Shown: positions 1 through 13,000 of the stretch, in pieces
Position numbering within the stretch: the first letter of the stretch is position 1
Layout: every line of letters begins with the position of its first letter
Assembly (NCBI GenBank): GCA_030390025.1
Contig: CM059438.1
Location: 60,886,001 to 60,950,000, forward strand
DNA length: 64,000 nucleotides
Direction: 5' to 3'
From: Squalus acanthias
Lineage: Eukaryota
The notes under the pieces: model-generated
What the model was told of the DNA's origin: nothing
The model's input: only the letters and a program-made list of their open reading frames with translations
Database searches by the model: none
Program-made: the position numbers and the translations under genes

Positions 1-50
1 AGTGCGGGTGAACAGCCATTTCCAAAGGGGCAGTGTGCAGTACCATCTGC

Positions 51-69
51 TGTCCACAAGAGGGTGCCA
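51..69 (+). promoter_or_regulatory. Candidate CTCF site
   Basis: TGTCCACAAGAGGGTGCCA resembles the CTCF consensus. Confidence 0.4.
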
Positions 70-339
70 TGTGCAGCTCAGCAACTTGCACAATGTAGCC
101 TTGCAGACGTGGGAAGTAGAATCATGGCTGCATATCGTGACACCACTATTCCCGGCCAGAATGGAGATGATTGGGTAATTCCCCTGTCAATCAATCACAG
201 CTGTAAGTGACTGGGATTGATTTTTGTGCACAATTCTGTTTGGATGCAAGTCCCGCCTCCAACTCATGGGCTGGCATAGTGGTGTCGATTGAGACTCCAT
301 AGCAGGATACAACATCGGATGCCATTCTTTGAAGGAGCT

Positions 340-1100
340 CTCTCTGCTCCTTCCCCATAGCTCCGCAAATTTTTCTCTAGTATTTATCCAATTCCCTTTT
401 GAAAATTGCTATTGAATCTGCTTCCACCGCCCTTTCAGGCAGTGCATTCCAGATCACAATAACTCGCTGCATAAAAATATTTTTCCTCCTGTCGCCTTTT
501 TCTTTTGCCAATCATCTTAAATCTGTGTCATCTGGTTACCAACTCATCTGCCACTGGAAACAGTTTCTCCTTATTTACTAAAACCCTTCATGACTTTGAA
601 CACCTCTATTAAATCTTCCCTTAACCTTCTCTGAGAACAATCCCAGCTTCTCCACATAATTGAAGTCTTTCATCCCTGTTATCAGTAAATCTCCTCTGCA
701 CCCTTTCCAAGGCCATAGCATCCTTCCTAAAATGTGGTGCCCAGAATTGGCCACAATACTCCTTACTGAGGCCTAACTAGTGTGTATTAAGATTTAGCAT
801 AACTTCCTTGCTTTTGCACTCTATGAAGCCAAGGATCCCGTATGCCTTTTTAACAGCCTTCTCAACTTGTCCTGCCAACTTCAATGACTTGTGTATGTAC
901 ACCTCCCAGGTGTCTCTGTTCCTCCACCCCTTTTAAAATTTGTGCCATTTAGTTTATATTGCCTCTCCTCGTTCTTCCTTCTAAAATGAAGCACTTCACA
1001 CTTCTCTGCATTAAATTTCATCTGCCATGTGACTGCCCATTTCACCAGTCTGTCTCTGTCCTCCTGATGTCTGTTATAATCCTCCTCACTATTTACTACT
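340..1100 (-). mobile_element. CR1 3' fragment
   Basis: Reverse complement of CR1 RT C-terminus and 3'UTR ([14 protein letters not shown]). Confidence 0.85.
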
Positions 1101-2344
1101 GTTTTAAAAGGCTGATTTCACCTTGTAATTAAAAGTATTTACAACTATAAAAGTTTAATATAGATTTGGATAAGCGGACTTGATGCATTTAAGGGGAAGT
1201 CGGCTAAGTAGATGAGGGAGAAAGGAATAGGATATGGAATAAGGTGGGTGGAGGCTTGTGTGGAGCATAAACACCGGCATAGAGCAGTTGGGCCGAATGG
1301 CCTGTTTCTGTGCTATAAAATTCTACGAGGTTTGTGTATAACTCATTTTCATACTTGTCAATTGAGAAAATTAATTTCTTTGTCGTCACTGCCTCTGTAT
1401 AAATGGGGAATCTGTCAACGGGCACTGGGATTGCCCATATGCGAATGGTTTGTTTCTACCAATTCACCTCAGTCACTCTAAAGTAGGAAGGTTGAAAAAA
1501 AATCAGCAGGGGTTTGCACTTGTGTATTTAAAAAAGGACTGGCAGAAGCCTAGAAGTTATGGCAGAAGATCGGTAGAACCCCTCTAGAAATTCCAGTGAG
1601 GGGTCTCTGTCTGGTGAGATCCTCAGTTGTGTTTTTCACTACAGTTGAGTGGCGTCTGGGTCAATGTCTGTTTTCCCACTGCTCTGATTCTTGTCAATTT
1701 GTTCTTGCTGCACGGGGATATTGAGCCAGATTTTGATGTTTAAAGTTTTGGAGCTGCTCCTGCTCTGCCAGCTCCTGAGTCATTACCATTAATTATACTT
1801 GTGCCATTTGCTTATACGGTCTTCTGATGATGCACAATGAATTTTTCTTGAGCCTTAGCAAGAGGAAATATAGTCTCTTACAGGCTGGAGCCCCCACTGT
1901 GGTACAGAGGGGGAGAGGCTAGAGGCCAAAAATAGTTCTCCAATTTAAGATTAAAATCAGCTGCCTGTGCTGTGATTGCTGGGCTGGTCACAGGTGGCAA
2001 GTTGTCCTGACCTAGGGGAGTGGGGCTGAGCTGTGGCTGAGAGTTCCAGCTTGAGTTGTGGTGCTGCTCTAGTTTGGCGTATGAATGCAGAATGTCAGCG
2101 TAGGGCCTTCCTGATGCTTTGAAAGCATCCCTGCCCCCTCGCCAAGCCTGCCTTTTAGTCTCTGCCTAAACTGGTTGGGTTCAAAATGAACTTGTGATTG
2201 ATTGGGTGATGTACTTACACCCTCACTGCTTGTGTGTCTGGCCAAAGCGAGGAAGGATGCGACCAGACCACAGCCAAAGTGGCTGGGTGTGTACGATGTG
2301 AAAATTCTTCAAGCGACCTCAGTCCTGAATGATAAACTAGTTGC

Positions 2345-3200
2345 CATAAAGTCATAATGGCACAGGAGCCCATTCGGCCCATTGAGTCCATGCCATTGCT
2401 GTAGAGCAATCCAGCCCGTCCCATTCCCCCACTCTATTCCCGTAACCCCGCAAGTTTATTTCCCTCACGTGCCTATCCAGTCTCCCCTTAAAAGCATTGG
2501 GTGTCTCAGTTTCCACCACTTCCGTCGGCAATTAATTCCAGGTCGTCACCACTCGCTGCGTAAAAAGTTATTCCTCATGTCCCCCTTGTATCTCTTGCCC
2601 AAAACCTTAAATCTATGTCCTAGTCCTTGTATCATCAACTAGTGGGAACAGCCTTTCCCCATCTAGCCTATCCAAACCCGTCAATCTTGTACACCTCTAT
2701 CAAATCACCCCTCAACCTCCTTTGCGCTAATGAAAACAAATCCAGCTTCTCCAACCTGTCCTTGTAGCCGAGATCCCCCATCCCCGGAACCATTCTGGTA
2801 AATCTCCTCTGCACCCACTCAAGGGCCTTCACATCCTTCCTAAAGGGTGGTGACCAGAACTGGATGCAATACTCCAGTTGTGGCCTAACCAGTGCTTTAT
2901 AAAGGTTCAGCATAACTTCTCTACTTTTGTACTCAATAGCTCTATTTATGAAGCCCAAGATCCCATATGCTTTGTTATCCACTCTCTTAATATGTCCTGC
3001 CACCTTCAGGGACCTATGCACATTAACTGCCAGGTCCCTCTGTCCCTGCACACTCTTAATGGCACAGTTTTAAAGTGTATATTGCCTCTCCCCATTCCTT
3101 CTGCCAAAATACATCACCTCACTTCTCTATTAAATTCCATCTGTCACTTGTCTGCCCATTCTACTAGCCTTTGTGTCCTGTTGCAGTCAATTGGTATCAT
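2345..3200 (-). mobile_element. CR1 3' fragment
   Basis: ORF 2668-3051 [17 protein letters not shown]...[12 protein letters not shown]. Confidence 0.88.
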
Positions 3201-6200
3201 CAGCAAATTTAGAAATGTATGTGGAAAACAATGTTGACACACCCTAAAGCTAGTTTGAACTTTGTTGTTTTGCAGCCATTGAATCATCAACCAAGATACG
3301 TGCTACTTTTTGCTTCTGTTGTGAAAACATAACAGGAATTGCCTGCAGTACTTTCCAGTCCTGTACACAACCTCATTTCTCTCACTCCCCTCACCAACAT
3401 TGGCAGTTCAGACCCCAGTCTGGCATTCCTTCCCTAAACCTCTGTCTCCCTCTAAAGCACTCCTTAAAACCCACCTCTTTGACCAAGTCTTTGGTCTCTC
3501 CTCCATAGCTCTGCAGAGTCAGAAGGTTGTGGGTTCAAGTTCGACTTGAGATTTGAGCACAAAAGCCAGGCTGACACGCCAGGGCAGTGCTGAGGGAGTG
3601 CTGCTGTCTTTCAGCTGAGATGTTAAACCGAGGCCCTGTCTGCCCTTACAGGTGGATGTAAAAGATCCCCTTGCACTATTTCAAAGAAGAGTAGGGAAGT
3701 TCTCCCTGGTGTCCTGGCTAATTTCAGTCCTAACAACAAGCCCAAAAAAAGTTGTCAAATCTCATTCTTCCATCAGTCTGTCAGTTTCCATCACACTGGT
3801 GACAGTTTTCTAGATGCAATGTGTCTGTACGGAAGAGAATAGCTAGTTTAAAAAGAAATTGTTACCCAAGCTGGATTGTTTGACGCCCTTTAGTCCTGTC
3901 ATATGGACCATTACTTTTGACAGCTCTGTGAAAATCCCAAGAAGCCAAGATCAAAAATTGTAGCAAACCACCAATGGGGAAATGACACACCAGGATCCAG
4001 CCAGCTTGTTTAGGCTTCATTTTAGGGCCTTTATTGTGACAAATCATTTCCATAAAGATCACTATCTTTTAACATGTATATAACCCTTGAGTATTGAAAT
4101 TCATAGCTTACAGCAAGTCCTTCATTAACTAAGCTTGTGCATACATTCTGAATGGAAGATTCAATAAATAAAAATCTAATTTTTAATAAAAAACATGCTT
4201 TACATTCTTGTAACAAGTTTAATGCAACATGCAGCTTCTGATCATCTCTTGGGAGGAACATTGATGAAGGGAGAAAGCCTTTAATGCAGGATACCAGCGA
4301 GGGTGCAAAAGAAAATTAAGCAGCGGCTGGGTGACATCAGCCTTGGGTTCGAAAAGCCCCGAGGACGGTAAGAGTGAGAGACTTTGCAGAGCATCCTCAT
4401 TTCAAGAGTGGGGATAGAGGAGCAGCTCAGATAGTGTATTTGAAATTTGAGGAAGAAAGTAAGAGGCTAGAGGAGCACAGACGACAGTAAAGGGGCGCTG
4501 TTCTTGGGTGAAACCCCACTGACGCGTGTAAATCAAGTTCCGCTGAAGTTACAGCAATAGAGTGGGAAAAGTCTGAAGAAATGTGACCCCACAAATATCT
4601 AAGACCAACTTGTGTTCTATGGAATAAGACTGGATGCAGTTATTCGTAACCAGAACTGCACCTCCCTGGACCGACTACAACACAACAGCAACTGTGGTTT
4701 TGGGGAAGTGGCTTTTAAGGGGTTTCCTTTCCCCCCCCCAGCCCGGAGCTCTTATTCTGGCACTTTTCCTGTAAGGTGGAAGTAATACCATTCATCAGGA
4801 GGCTGATCGGGGAGAGAGACTGTCCCAGAGGCAGGTGATGCAGGGTCAGTGAGGTGCGGGAGAGGGAAATGAAAAAATCAATTTTAACAATTAAGTGTCA
4901 GAATTAACAAGCATCACAAGTCTATATTTGCCATTAATGCACACAACATATAAAGGACTCTGATACAAAGAGGGCAATAGTTAGGAGCAGAACAGGAAGG
5001 ATACAATTCAATATATTGCACAATAAAACTTAACCCAATTAGTGAAGTTTAAAAAAAAAATGAAATTGTCGTCTTTAACATAAAATTGCAACGTGTTAAA
5101 AGCATTTAACACAGACCTCACTGCTGTTGTCCAACTAGCTCCACTCGAAGACAAACAAGATCCTGCTTCACTCCTGGTCTGCAGAGTACAGTTTATAACC
5201 CTAAACCCGACCTCACCAGGGGTGGGAGGGAGAACGGGCAAAAGGCTCAAACTGACTGTACGTCCACTTGGATTCCCTGCAGATTTGTTGCACCGACTCC
5301 CAGTGGTATTCAGAGATATCTCCAGAACAAAGAGCACTAATGCGCAGCAGCAAGAAAACAAAATGATAAAAGTCTTAATTTTCTGTTCCAGTTTTCTGTT
5401 CGTTGTGTACTCAAGGAGTTAGCGATAAAACCAGTTACTACACAGTGCAACGTCATCACTGCCAACACAATGGAGGCCTGACCAGGAGTAGATCACCATC
5501 CATGAAGACCACCTCAAGCCAGCCCACCAGGAGGCTGCTCCCCACGGCTTTACCGAGTAAACGTAACAGCTTATCTATGGGGGAGGGGGTGGGTGGGGGG
5601 TAAAGGGGACGAATAAGGCACTGGCAGGCTGAGGTGTGATTAAGTGGACGAGGTTGCAGGCAGATCTGTGGGACACAAAAGTGTAAAGTTAATAAGTGAA
5701 ATGAAAGAAAAAAAAGACACCAACACAGGATGGTATCCAAAAGCAAACAGTCCCTGACGGGAGATTGGACGCGGCAGACCATAGAATGATATAGCACAGG
5801 AGGAGGCCATTCAGCCCATCGAGTCTGTGCCGGCTCTTTAGACAAGCAATCCAGTTAATCCCACTCCCCTGCTCTTTCCTCATATCCCTGCGAGGGGCAT
5901 TGTGGATGTGCTGGGTGACATCTTCCCAAACATACTGGGCTCAGAGCTGAGCCCACAGGACTGGATAATGGCCAATGTAATTGCAGTCTTCAAACGGGGG
6001 GGGGGGGGGGGTAGGGATGAGTCTGACCCATGTGTAAAGGGGAGGAGTTAGTGACCAAGCACACCCACAATGCCCCTCGCAGCCCCTGGGGAGAGGATTG
6101 TCGGGGTTGGAGATTTATCCACAAGTGACTGATCTACTTAATACTTCCTCTCCTGTGCGTACAAAGTTATCACCCAGAAACTGATCCCCACAATTGCCCC

Positions 6201-6621
6201 ACTTCATTAATGCAAAATAGCAGTTTAAGAATTTCAGCTACTTCCTTGTCCTCCGATACAACCCCAATTTCCTCCTGAGTCTTACCTTTTCCTGATTAGC
6301 TGGGGGACTAGTCTTATCACTAACTCCTCCCTTCTACTCTCCCTATGTCTCACGACCACCGGACATCTCAAAGCGCTTTACAGCCAATGAAGTACTTTTG
6401 AAGTGTAGTCACTGTTGTAATGTATGAAACACGGCAGCCAATTTGGGCACAGCAAGCTCCCACAAACAGCAATCATAATGACCAGATAATCTGTTTTAGT
6501 GATGTTATTTGAGAGATAAATATTGACTACTAAAATCGGGGAGAATACCCCTGTTCTTCTTCAAAATAATGCCATGGATCTTTTACATCCACCTGAAAGG
6601 GCAGACTCATCCAAAAGATGG

Positions 6622-6765
6622 CACCTCCTGGGATCCCTGGGGTGGGGTATTGAGGGCGGTGACACCTGTGGGTGTCCTTGGGGTGGGGTATGGGGTAACA
6701 CCTGTGTCTCCCCTTTGGGGGGGTAACACCTGTGGGTGTCCCTGGGGTGGGGTATTCGACCCTCA
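6622..6765. repeat. Degenerate short tandem repeat just downstream of the LRSAM1 stop
   Basis: CACCTGTGGGTGTCC(C/T)TGGGGTGGGGTAT, ~3 copies. Confidence 0.7.
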
Positions 6766-6931
6766 GCATTGGAGTCCAATCTCCCAGTTCTTTTTGGAAC
6801 CCAGGAGAGCATCTTACTCGGAGCCTGCAGGAGCCTCCGGGAGGATGGGTTCATTCAAACCTGTGGGCTGGTTTTTGGTAAACGCGAGCACTCTGGGGGG
6901 ACACATACGTTGAACAGGGACAGGCTGCAGC

Positions 6932-7057
6932 TCAGGATGTGCGATACATGCGGATCTTCTGTTCGATGTCCTTCCGGCAGAGAGGGCAGTTGTGCAGCTC
7001 CGCTCCACACGTCTGGCAGCAGCAAACGTGGCCACAGGGCAGGAAGATCGTCTGACT
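6932..7057 (-). CDS. LRSAM1: LRSAM1 last coding exon (RING): [41 protein letters not shown]
   Basis: 126 bp; tttttccAG acceptor; C3HC4 RING; TGA at 6932-6934. Confidence 0.95.
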   Translation of the reverse strand, partial: SQTIFLPCGHVCCCQTCGAELHNCPLCRKDIEQKIRMYRTS

Positions 7058-10000
7058 CTGGAAAAAAACACAAGAGAGAGATTGTCATCAGTTTCCCCGA
7101 CTGACTACCTTCACCATCCTTTTAAATCATTTCTTCTTTACACTAACACCGATTGGCCCTTCTCCTCTACAGCAGCACTATGTCTGCAGTGTGTACCATC
7201 ATCTACTGGATGCACTGCAGCAACTCGCCAAGGCTTCTGCAGAAGCTCCTCCCAAACCCGTGACTGCTAACACCTAGAAGGACAAGGTCAGCAGGCGCAT
7301 GGGAACACCACCATCTCCAATATCGCCGTTCCTTCATCGTCGCTGGGTCAAAATCCTGGAACTCCCTCCCGAACAGCACTGTGGGAGCACCTTCACCACA
7401 CGGACTGCAGCGGTTCAAGGCGGCGGCTCATCGCCACCTTCTCAAGGGATGGGCAACAAATGCCGATCTTGCCAGCAACGCCCACATCCCGAAGAATGAT
7501 ATATAACAAAATAAACTGGTCCCTCCCAGGTCAAAATAAATAAAAGGATAAGAAAAGAACTGAAAATTCTGGAAATCTGATTTAAAAATTGGAAATTGCT
7601 GAAAATACACAAGCCCTTCACCCCAACTGGCAACCAGTCCGTGTTGATGTTTAACCTCTACACAAACAGTGGTGCTAATCCCATGTGCCACACGGTTCCC
7701 ATATCCCTTTATCCCCCGTTCCTTCAACCAACTACCTAACCTATTCTTAAATGGTGCTTCAATCACTACTCTGATAGTGCGTTCCACAGCCTCACAACCA
7801 ATGTTCACCCTAAGGTGTGCAGCCGCCCATCAATCGGGAGGTCCCATGCAGGCTGCGCACAAGCTGTTGGCGCTGGAAGAGATACCGCGAATGCGTGGCT
7901 GCTAAAGGGACCAAAAGCTTGGTCAAAGAGGTCGGTTTTAAGGAGCGTCTTAAAAGGGGGAAAGAGGCGGGGAGGGTTAGGGAGAGCATTCCAGACTTGG
8001 GTCCTATGCAGCTGAAGGCACGGCCACCAATGGTGGAATGATTAAAATTGGGGATGCTCAAGAGGCCAGAATTGGAGGAGCGCAGATATCTCGGAGGGTT
8101 GTAGGGCTGGAGGAAGTTAGAGAGATAGGGAGGGGCGAGGCCATGGAGGGATTTGAAAACAAGGATGAGAATTTTAAGATCAAGGCATTGCTCAACCAGG
8201 AGCCAATGTAGGTCAGCGAGCACATGGGGGGATGGGTGAATGGGACACGGTGCGAGTTAGGATACGGGAAAATCCCTCCATGGTCTTGCCCCTCTCTATC
8301 TCTGTAACCTGGAGTATTGTGTACAGTTTTGGTCTCCTTACCTAGGGAAGGATATATTTGCCTTAGAGGGAGTGCAATGAAGGTTCACTGGACTGATTCC
8401 TGGGATGAGGGGATTGTCCTATGAGGAAAGAATGTGTAGAATGGACCTATATTCTCTGGAGTTTAGAAGAATGAGAGGTGATCTCACCGAAATGTATAAA
8501 ATTCTTACAGGGCTTTACAGGGTAGATGCTGAGAGGATGTTTCCCCTGGCTGGGGAGTCTCCAACTAGGGGTCAGTTTCAGAATAAGGGGTTGGCCATTT
8601 AGGACGGAGATAAGGAGAAATTTCTTCACTAAAGGGTTGTGAATCTTTGGAATTCTTTACCCCAGAGGGCTGTGGATACTCTGTCGCTGAGTTTATTCAC
8701 AAATGTATAGATTTTTGGATACTAAGGGAATCAAGGCATATGGGGTTAGTGCGGGAAGGTGGAGATGAGGTAGAAGATCAGCCATGATCTTATTGAATGA
8801 CAGAAGGGCCGAATGTCCTACGCCTGCTCCTATTTCTTATGTTCTCCAAGCTCTCTACATCCCTCCACCTCTGGCTTTCTCGTGCATCCTTCCCTCCCTT
8901 GCCCCACCACTGAAGGCCATGCCTTCAGCTGCTTAGGCCCCAAGCTCTAGAATGCCCCCCTAAACTTCTCTCTCCTCCTTTAAGACTCTCTTTAAAACCT
9001 ACCTCTTTGATCAAGCTTTTGGTCACCTGACACACAGACCTCCCAGTACAATAACTTGAGATGTGTAAATATCTGCCTGAAAGACAACCTTCCACTGACT
9101 GCAATTCAGGCTGGTTTTTGTGTTGTGTTCCAACCACTGCCAGTGTCCTTACCTCTCGCTCCATACAGACGACACATTCTGACTGAGCCAGGACCTCCTC
9201 AGAGACGGGCGCGCTGGGCTCCTGAGGACTGGAGGGTCCTGCTTCACTCTCCTCAGGAGCACTGGGCTCTGTCTCACCCGGATTAGCAGCAGCTTCCTTC
9301 ATTGAGATGGGTCCCAATCTCCGATCTACAAAATCAGAGTCAAATTACGTGAGTACGAGGGTGAACCAGGAACTGCTTCCCCCTGTCTGGTCAGGAGCTT
9401 ATTTCACAAAAAACAGCCAGTTCCCCCCAATCTGCCTGCTGGAGGTGAGCTGGTGCCTGGCCACCTGCCTAGTCCAGGCCCCGCCCACGGGTGTATTCCA
9501 CCTCGAAAGAAATAGCACAAACCCATCAATCTCTCTTACATCTGTGCCCCCTACTGGAGGGCCATGGAATAAACAAGGATAGATCTGTGCTTCATTAACT
9601 CTGCACTCAATCCTACCCAGAGGAGCGTGAGTGGGGTGGTGCGCGCGTGCCGAGCGGGGAGGGAGGGCGAGCGGGGAGAGCGCGTAAGCGAGGGGCGAAC
9701 GGGATGAGAGAGCGCCCGAGCGGGGAGCGAGCGAGAGAGAGGGGAAAAAAAGGAGATGGAGAAAAGAGAGGGAGAGAAAAAGAGAGAACAAGGAGAGCAA
9801 GAGAGATAAAGAGGAAAGAGATAAAGAGGAGAGGGAGAAAGAGGAAAGAGAGAAAAAAAAACTGGGGAAGAGGAGAGAAAGGGTGGGAGTGAAGGCAGAA
9901 CTGGCCCCTGGACTGGTAAGGGAGGAAAGTTGGAGCTTGCATTCTGACTGACTACCGGAGAGAGTGCGACGGTTCTATAGATCTCGGTACCAAACTAGGT

Positions 10001-13000
10001 GGTGGATTTAACCCAGCAAGCCCTCAGGGAGCTGGGAATTTATCAGTGATTATCCAACAATGTCTCCTGCCCCCACACAGTCACAAAATGACCCAAGGAT
10101 CCAGCCTTGGCCGCCTCCTCGTCATTCAGAGAGACAGCTTCCAGTATTGATGGCGATACCCAGTTCTCACCCCACGACCCTCTCTGTGCGCCACACTCAT
10201 TGTTTGCCATTAAGTTGTGGGCGACAGAATTTTGGTCGTCTCTCTGCTCCCCCACAACAGTTTGATCTCTGCTCTTTGCTTCCTCTACGTTAGCCTGGAT
10301 TCCACATTCAACCAGTGCAATCTGCCACACTTTACAGGAGGCAAAACAAAAACAGACTTGCATTTATATAGCGCCATTCACAACCTCAGGATGTCCCAAA
10401 GCTTTAAAACCTGTTTTCTTTTTGAAGTATAGTCACTGTGTTTCCGACATTACAACAGTGACTACACTTCAAAAGTACTTCATTAGCTGTAAAGCACTTT
10501 GGGACATCCTGAGGTTGTGAAAGGCGCTATAGAAATGCAAGTCTTTCTTTGTATGTAGGAAACGCTGCAGCCAATTTGCGCACAGCAAGGACCCAGAAAC
10601 AGAAATGTGATAATGATCAAATAATCTGTTTTGGTGGTATAGGTTGAGGGATGAATATTGGCCAGGACGCCAGGGAGAACGCCCTTGCTCTTCTTCGAAT
10701 AGTGCCATGGGATCCTTTACCCATTAGGATTTTCCCAAACTACACATTTAGCCTTTCTGACTGACTACAGCCATTCCAAACTGTTCACTTGGGCTCCCAT
10801 ACAGGGCCAGGCGAACACCATTTGTGAATGTTTCTCCTCGAGCCGAGAGAGACAGGGACAGAGACAGAGACAACCATTGCTGTGCTGTTACCTTCCCCGG
10901 GCAGGCCCTCTTGAGCACGTCGGAGGATGGCACGTTGTAGTCTGCTCTCCTTGACTCCAATCTGTGGACAGAGTGGGACATCTTCAAAAAGCTACTCAAC
11001 CAAGACAGAACAGCACTCCACTCGCACATCCTAGAACAGTATTCTGCACCTGACTGCAAAATATACAGCACTCTCACGCCTGCTCCTTGCAATCTCAGCT
11101 GTGGGGAGGTGTTGAGGGAAGACCTTGCTGCCTCAGAGAGGATGGGGCAACCCCAGCCAGTCCAAGACGCTCTCCTGAACAGCTGATTACAGGAGTGATC
11201 TTGGAGGTATCCGGGCAACAAGTGACCTACCCTCCCTCTCAGCTGAGGATGAATCATGACATGGGTAAAATATCTCTTCACTCACGCACCCAAATATGTC
11301 TCCCTGTGTGAGGAGCGCTATAGGCGTCCAAGTGCAGAAGGAGGCCATTCGGCTTTGAAAGAGCTCTCCAATTAGTTCCACTCCCCGCTCGTTCCCCATA
11401 GCCCTGCAATTTTTGTCTTTTCCAGTATATATCCAATTCCCTTTTGAAAGTTATTATTGAATCTGCTCCCACCACCCTTTCAGGCAGTGCATTCCAGATC
11501 ACAACAACTCGCTGCGTAAAAAAAAAATCTCATCTCTCCACCCACCCCCGGGTTCTTTTGCCAATTATGTTAAATCTGTGTCCTCTGGTTACCGACCCTC
11601 CCCCTGCCAGTGGAAACAGTTTCTGGTTATTCACTCTATCAAAACCCTTCATGATTTTGAACACCTCTATTAAATCTCCCTTTAACCTTCTCTGCTTTAA
11701 GGAGAACAGTCCCAGCTTCTCCAGTCTTTCCACACAACTGAAGTCCCTCATCCCTGGTACCATTCTGGTAAATCTCCTCTGCAGCATCTACAAGGCCTTG
11801 GACATTCTTCCTAAAGTGTGGTGCCCAGAATTGAACACAGTATTCCAGCTGGGGCCTAACCAGTTTTTTATAAAGATTTAGCACAACTTTCTTGCTTGGG
11901 GGGAACCTCCATTAAATCAACCTCCAATGAAATAAATAGGAGAGGATCAGTCCCACACCACTCACTGTTACAATGAATGGGAGGGGATCAATCCCACACC
12001 ACTCACTGTTACATTGAATGGGAGAGGATCAGTCCCACACCACTCACTGTTACATTGAATGGGAGAGGATCAGTCCCACACCACTCACTGTATTACATTG
12101 AATGGGAGAGCATCAGTCCCACACCACTCACTGTATTACATTGAATGGGAGAGCATCAGTCCCACACCACTCACTGTTACAATGAATGGGCGAGGATCAG
12201 TCCCACACCACTCACTCTAAATTTAATTTTGTACATTATTTAGCAACAGGCAACTCACCCCACCACCCCCACCCCACCAAAAAGCCCAAATTGTTTCTCC
12301 TTTCTCCCAAACCGTGGGCGATGTCCGTTTATTTAAAGGCACACTCCCCAGTACCTGTTGGAGATCCTCCGCAGTCATGTAGCGCAGCATCTTCAGGGTG
12401 ACTCGTTGGTGGGCGAAAAGGGGCAAGTACTGATCCGCCGAAAGTTCGGTCAACAGATCCACCAGGGCCTTCTCCACACCCTCCTCCTGCACAGGACCAA
12501 AGAAGATCAGAAGGTCAGCGGTTTGACTACAATACTGTACAGGGAGGGTAGGGTGGGGGAGGGAGGACGTTAAATGGAAACAAAGTGAGGGTCAGCAGGA
12601 CAGTAAATTGAGAAATATTTCCGAGTGGTGCCGGAGACAGAACCGGTCACTCGTTGTTCCCTGTTCTCAAAGTCCCGGCCTAATGTCTCCAGATTTGACT
12701 CAAATGCACTGCAAAGAGTACAAGTTAAAACTGAATTGTGTCAGAATATCGGCAGCTTTGTGTTGTGCACCTGCTTTCACTAGAAGCTGCGCCGAGAGTG
12801 CCCCAAACTCAATGTCATGTAGCACCTTACAGCCAGTGGACACAGGAGGCCTTCATCCCATCAGCTTAATGCACGCCAAGGTGTGAAAGGTAACAGCATC
12901 TAACTCAACGTGCCATCCAGTCCCGTCCTGTCCCGAATCCTTTTCAAATGCTCCTCCTATTATGTACCTGGAGGGCACCCAAGGCTCAGATTCTGCTCCT

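Noticed and set aside
10043..10363. 106-aa minus-strand ORF as the missing SAM exon
   Set aside because: The plus strand reads as a decayed L2 RT (PQGSSLG); the real exon is 10892-10961.
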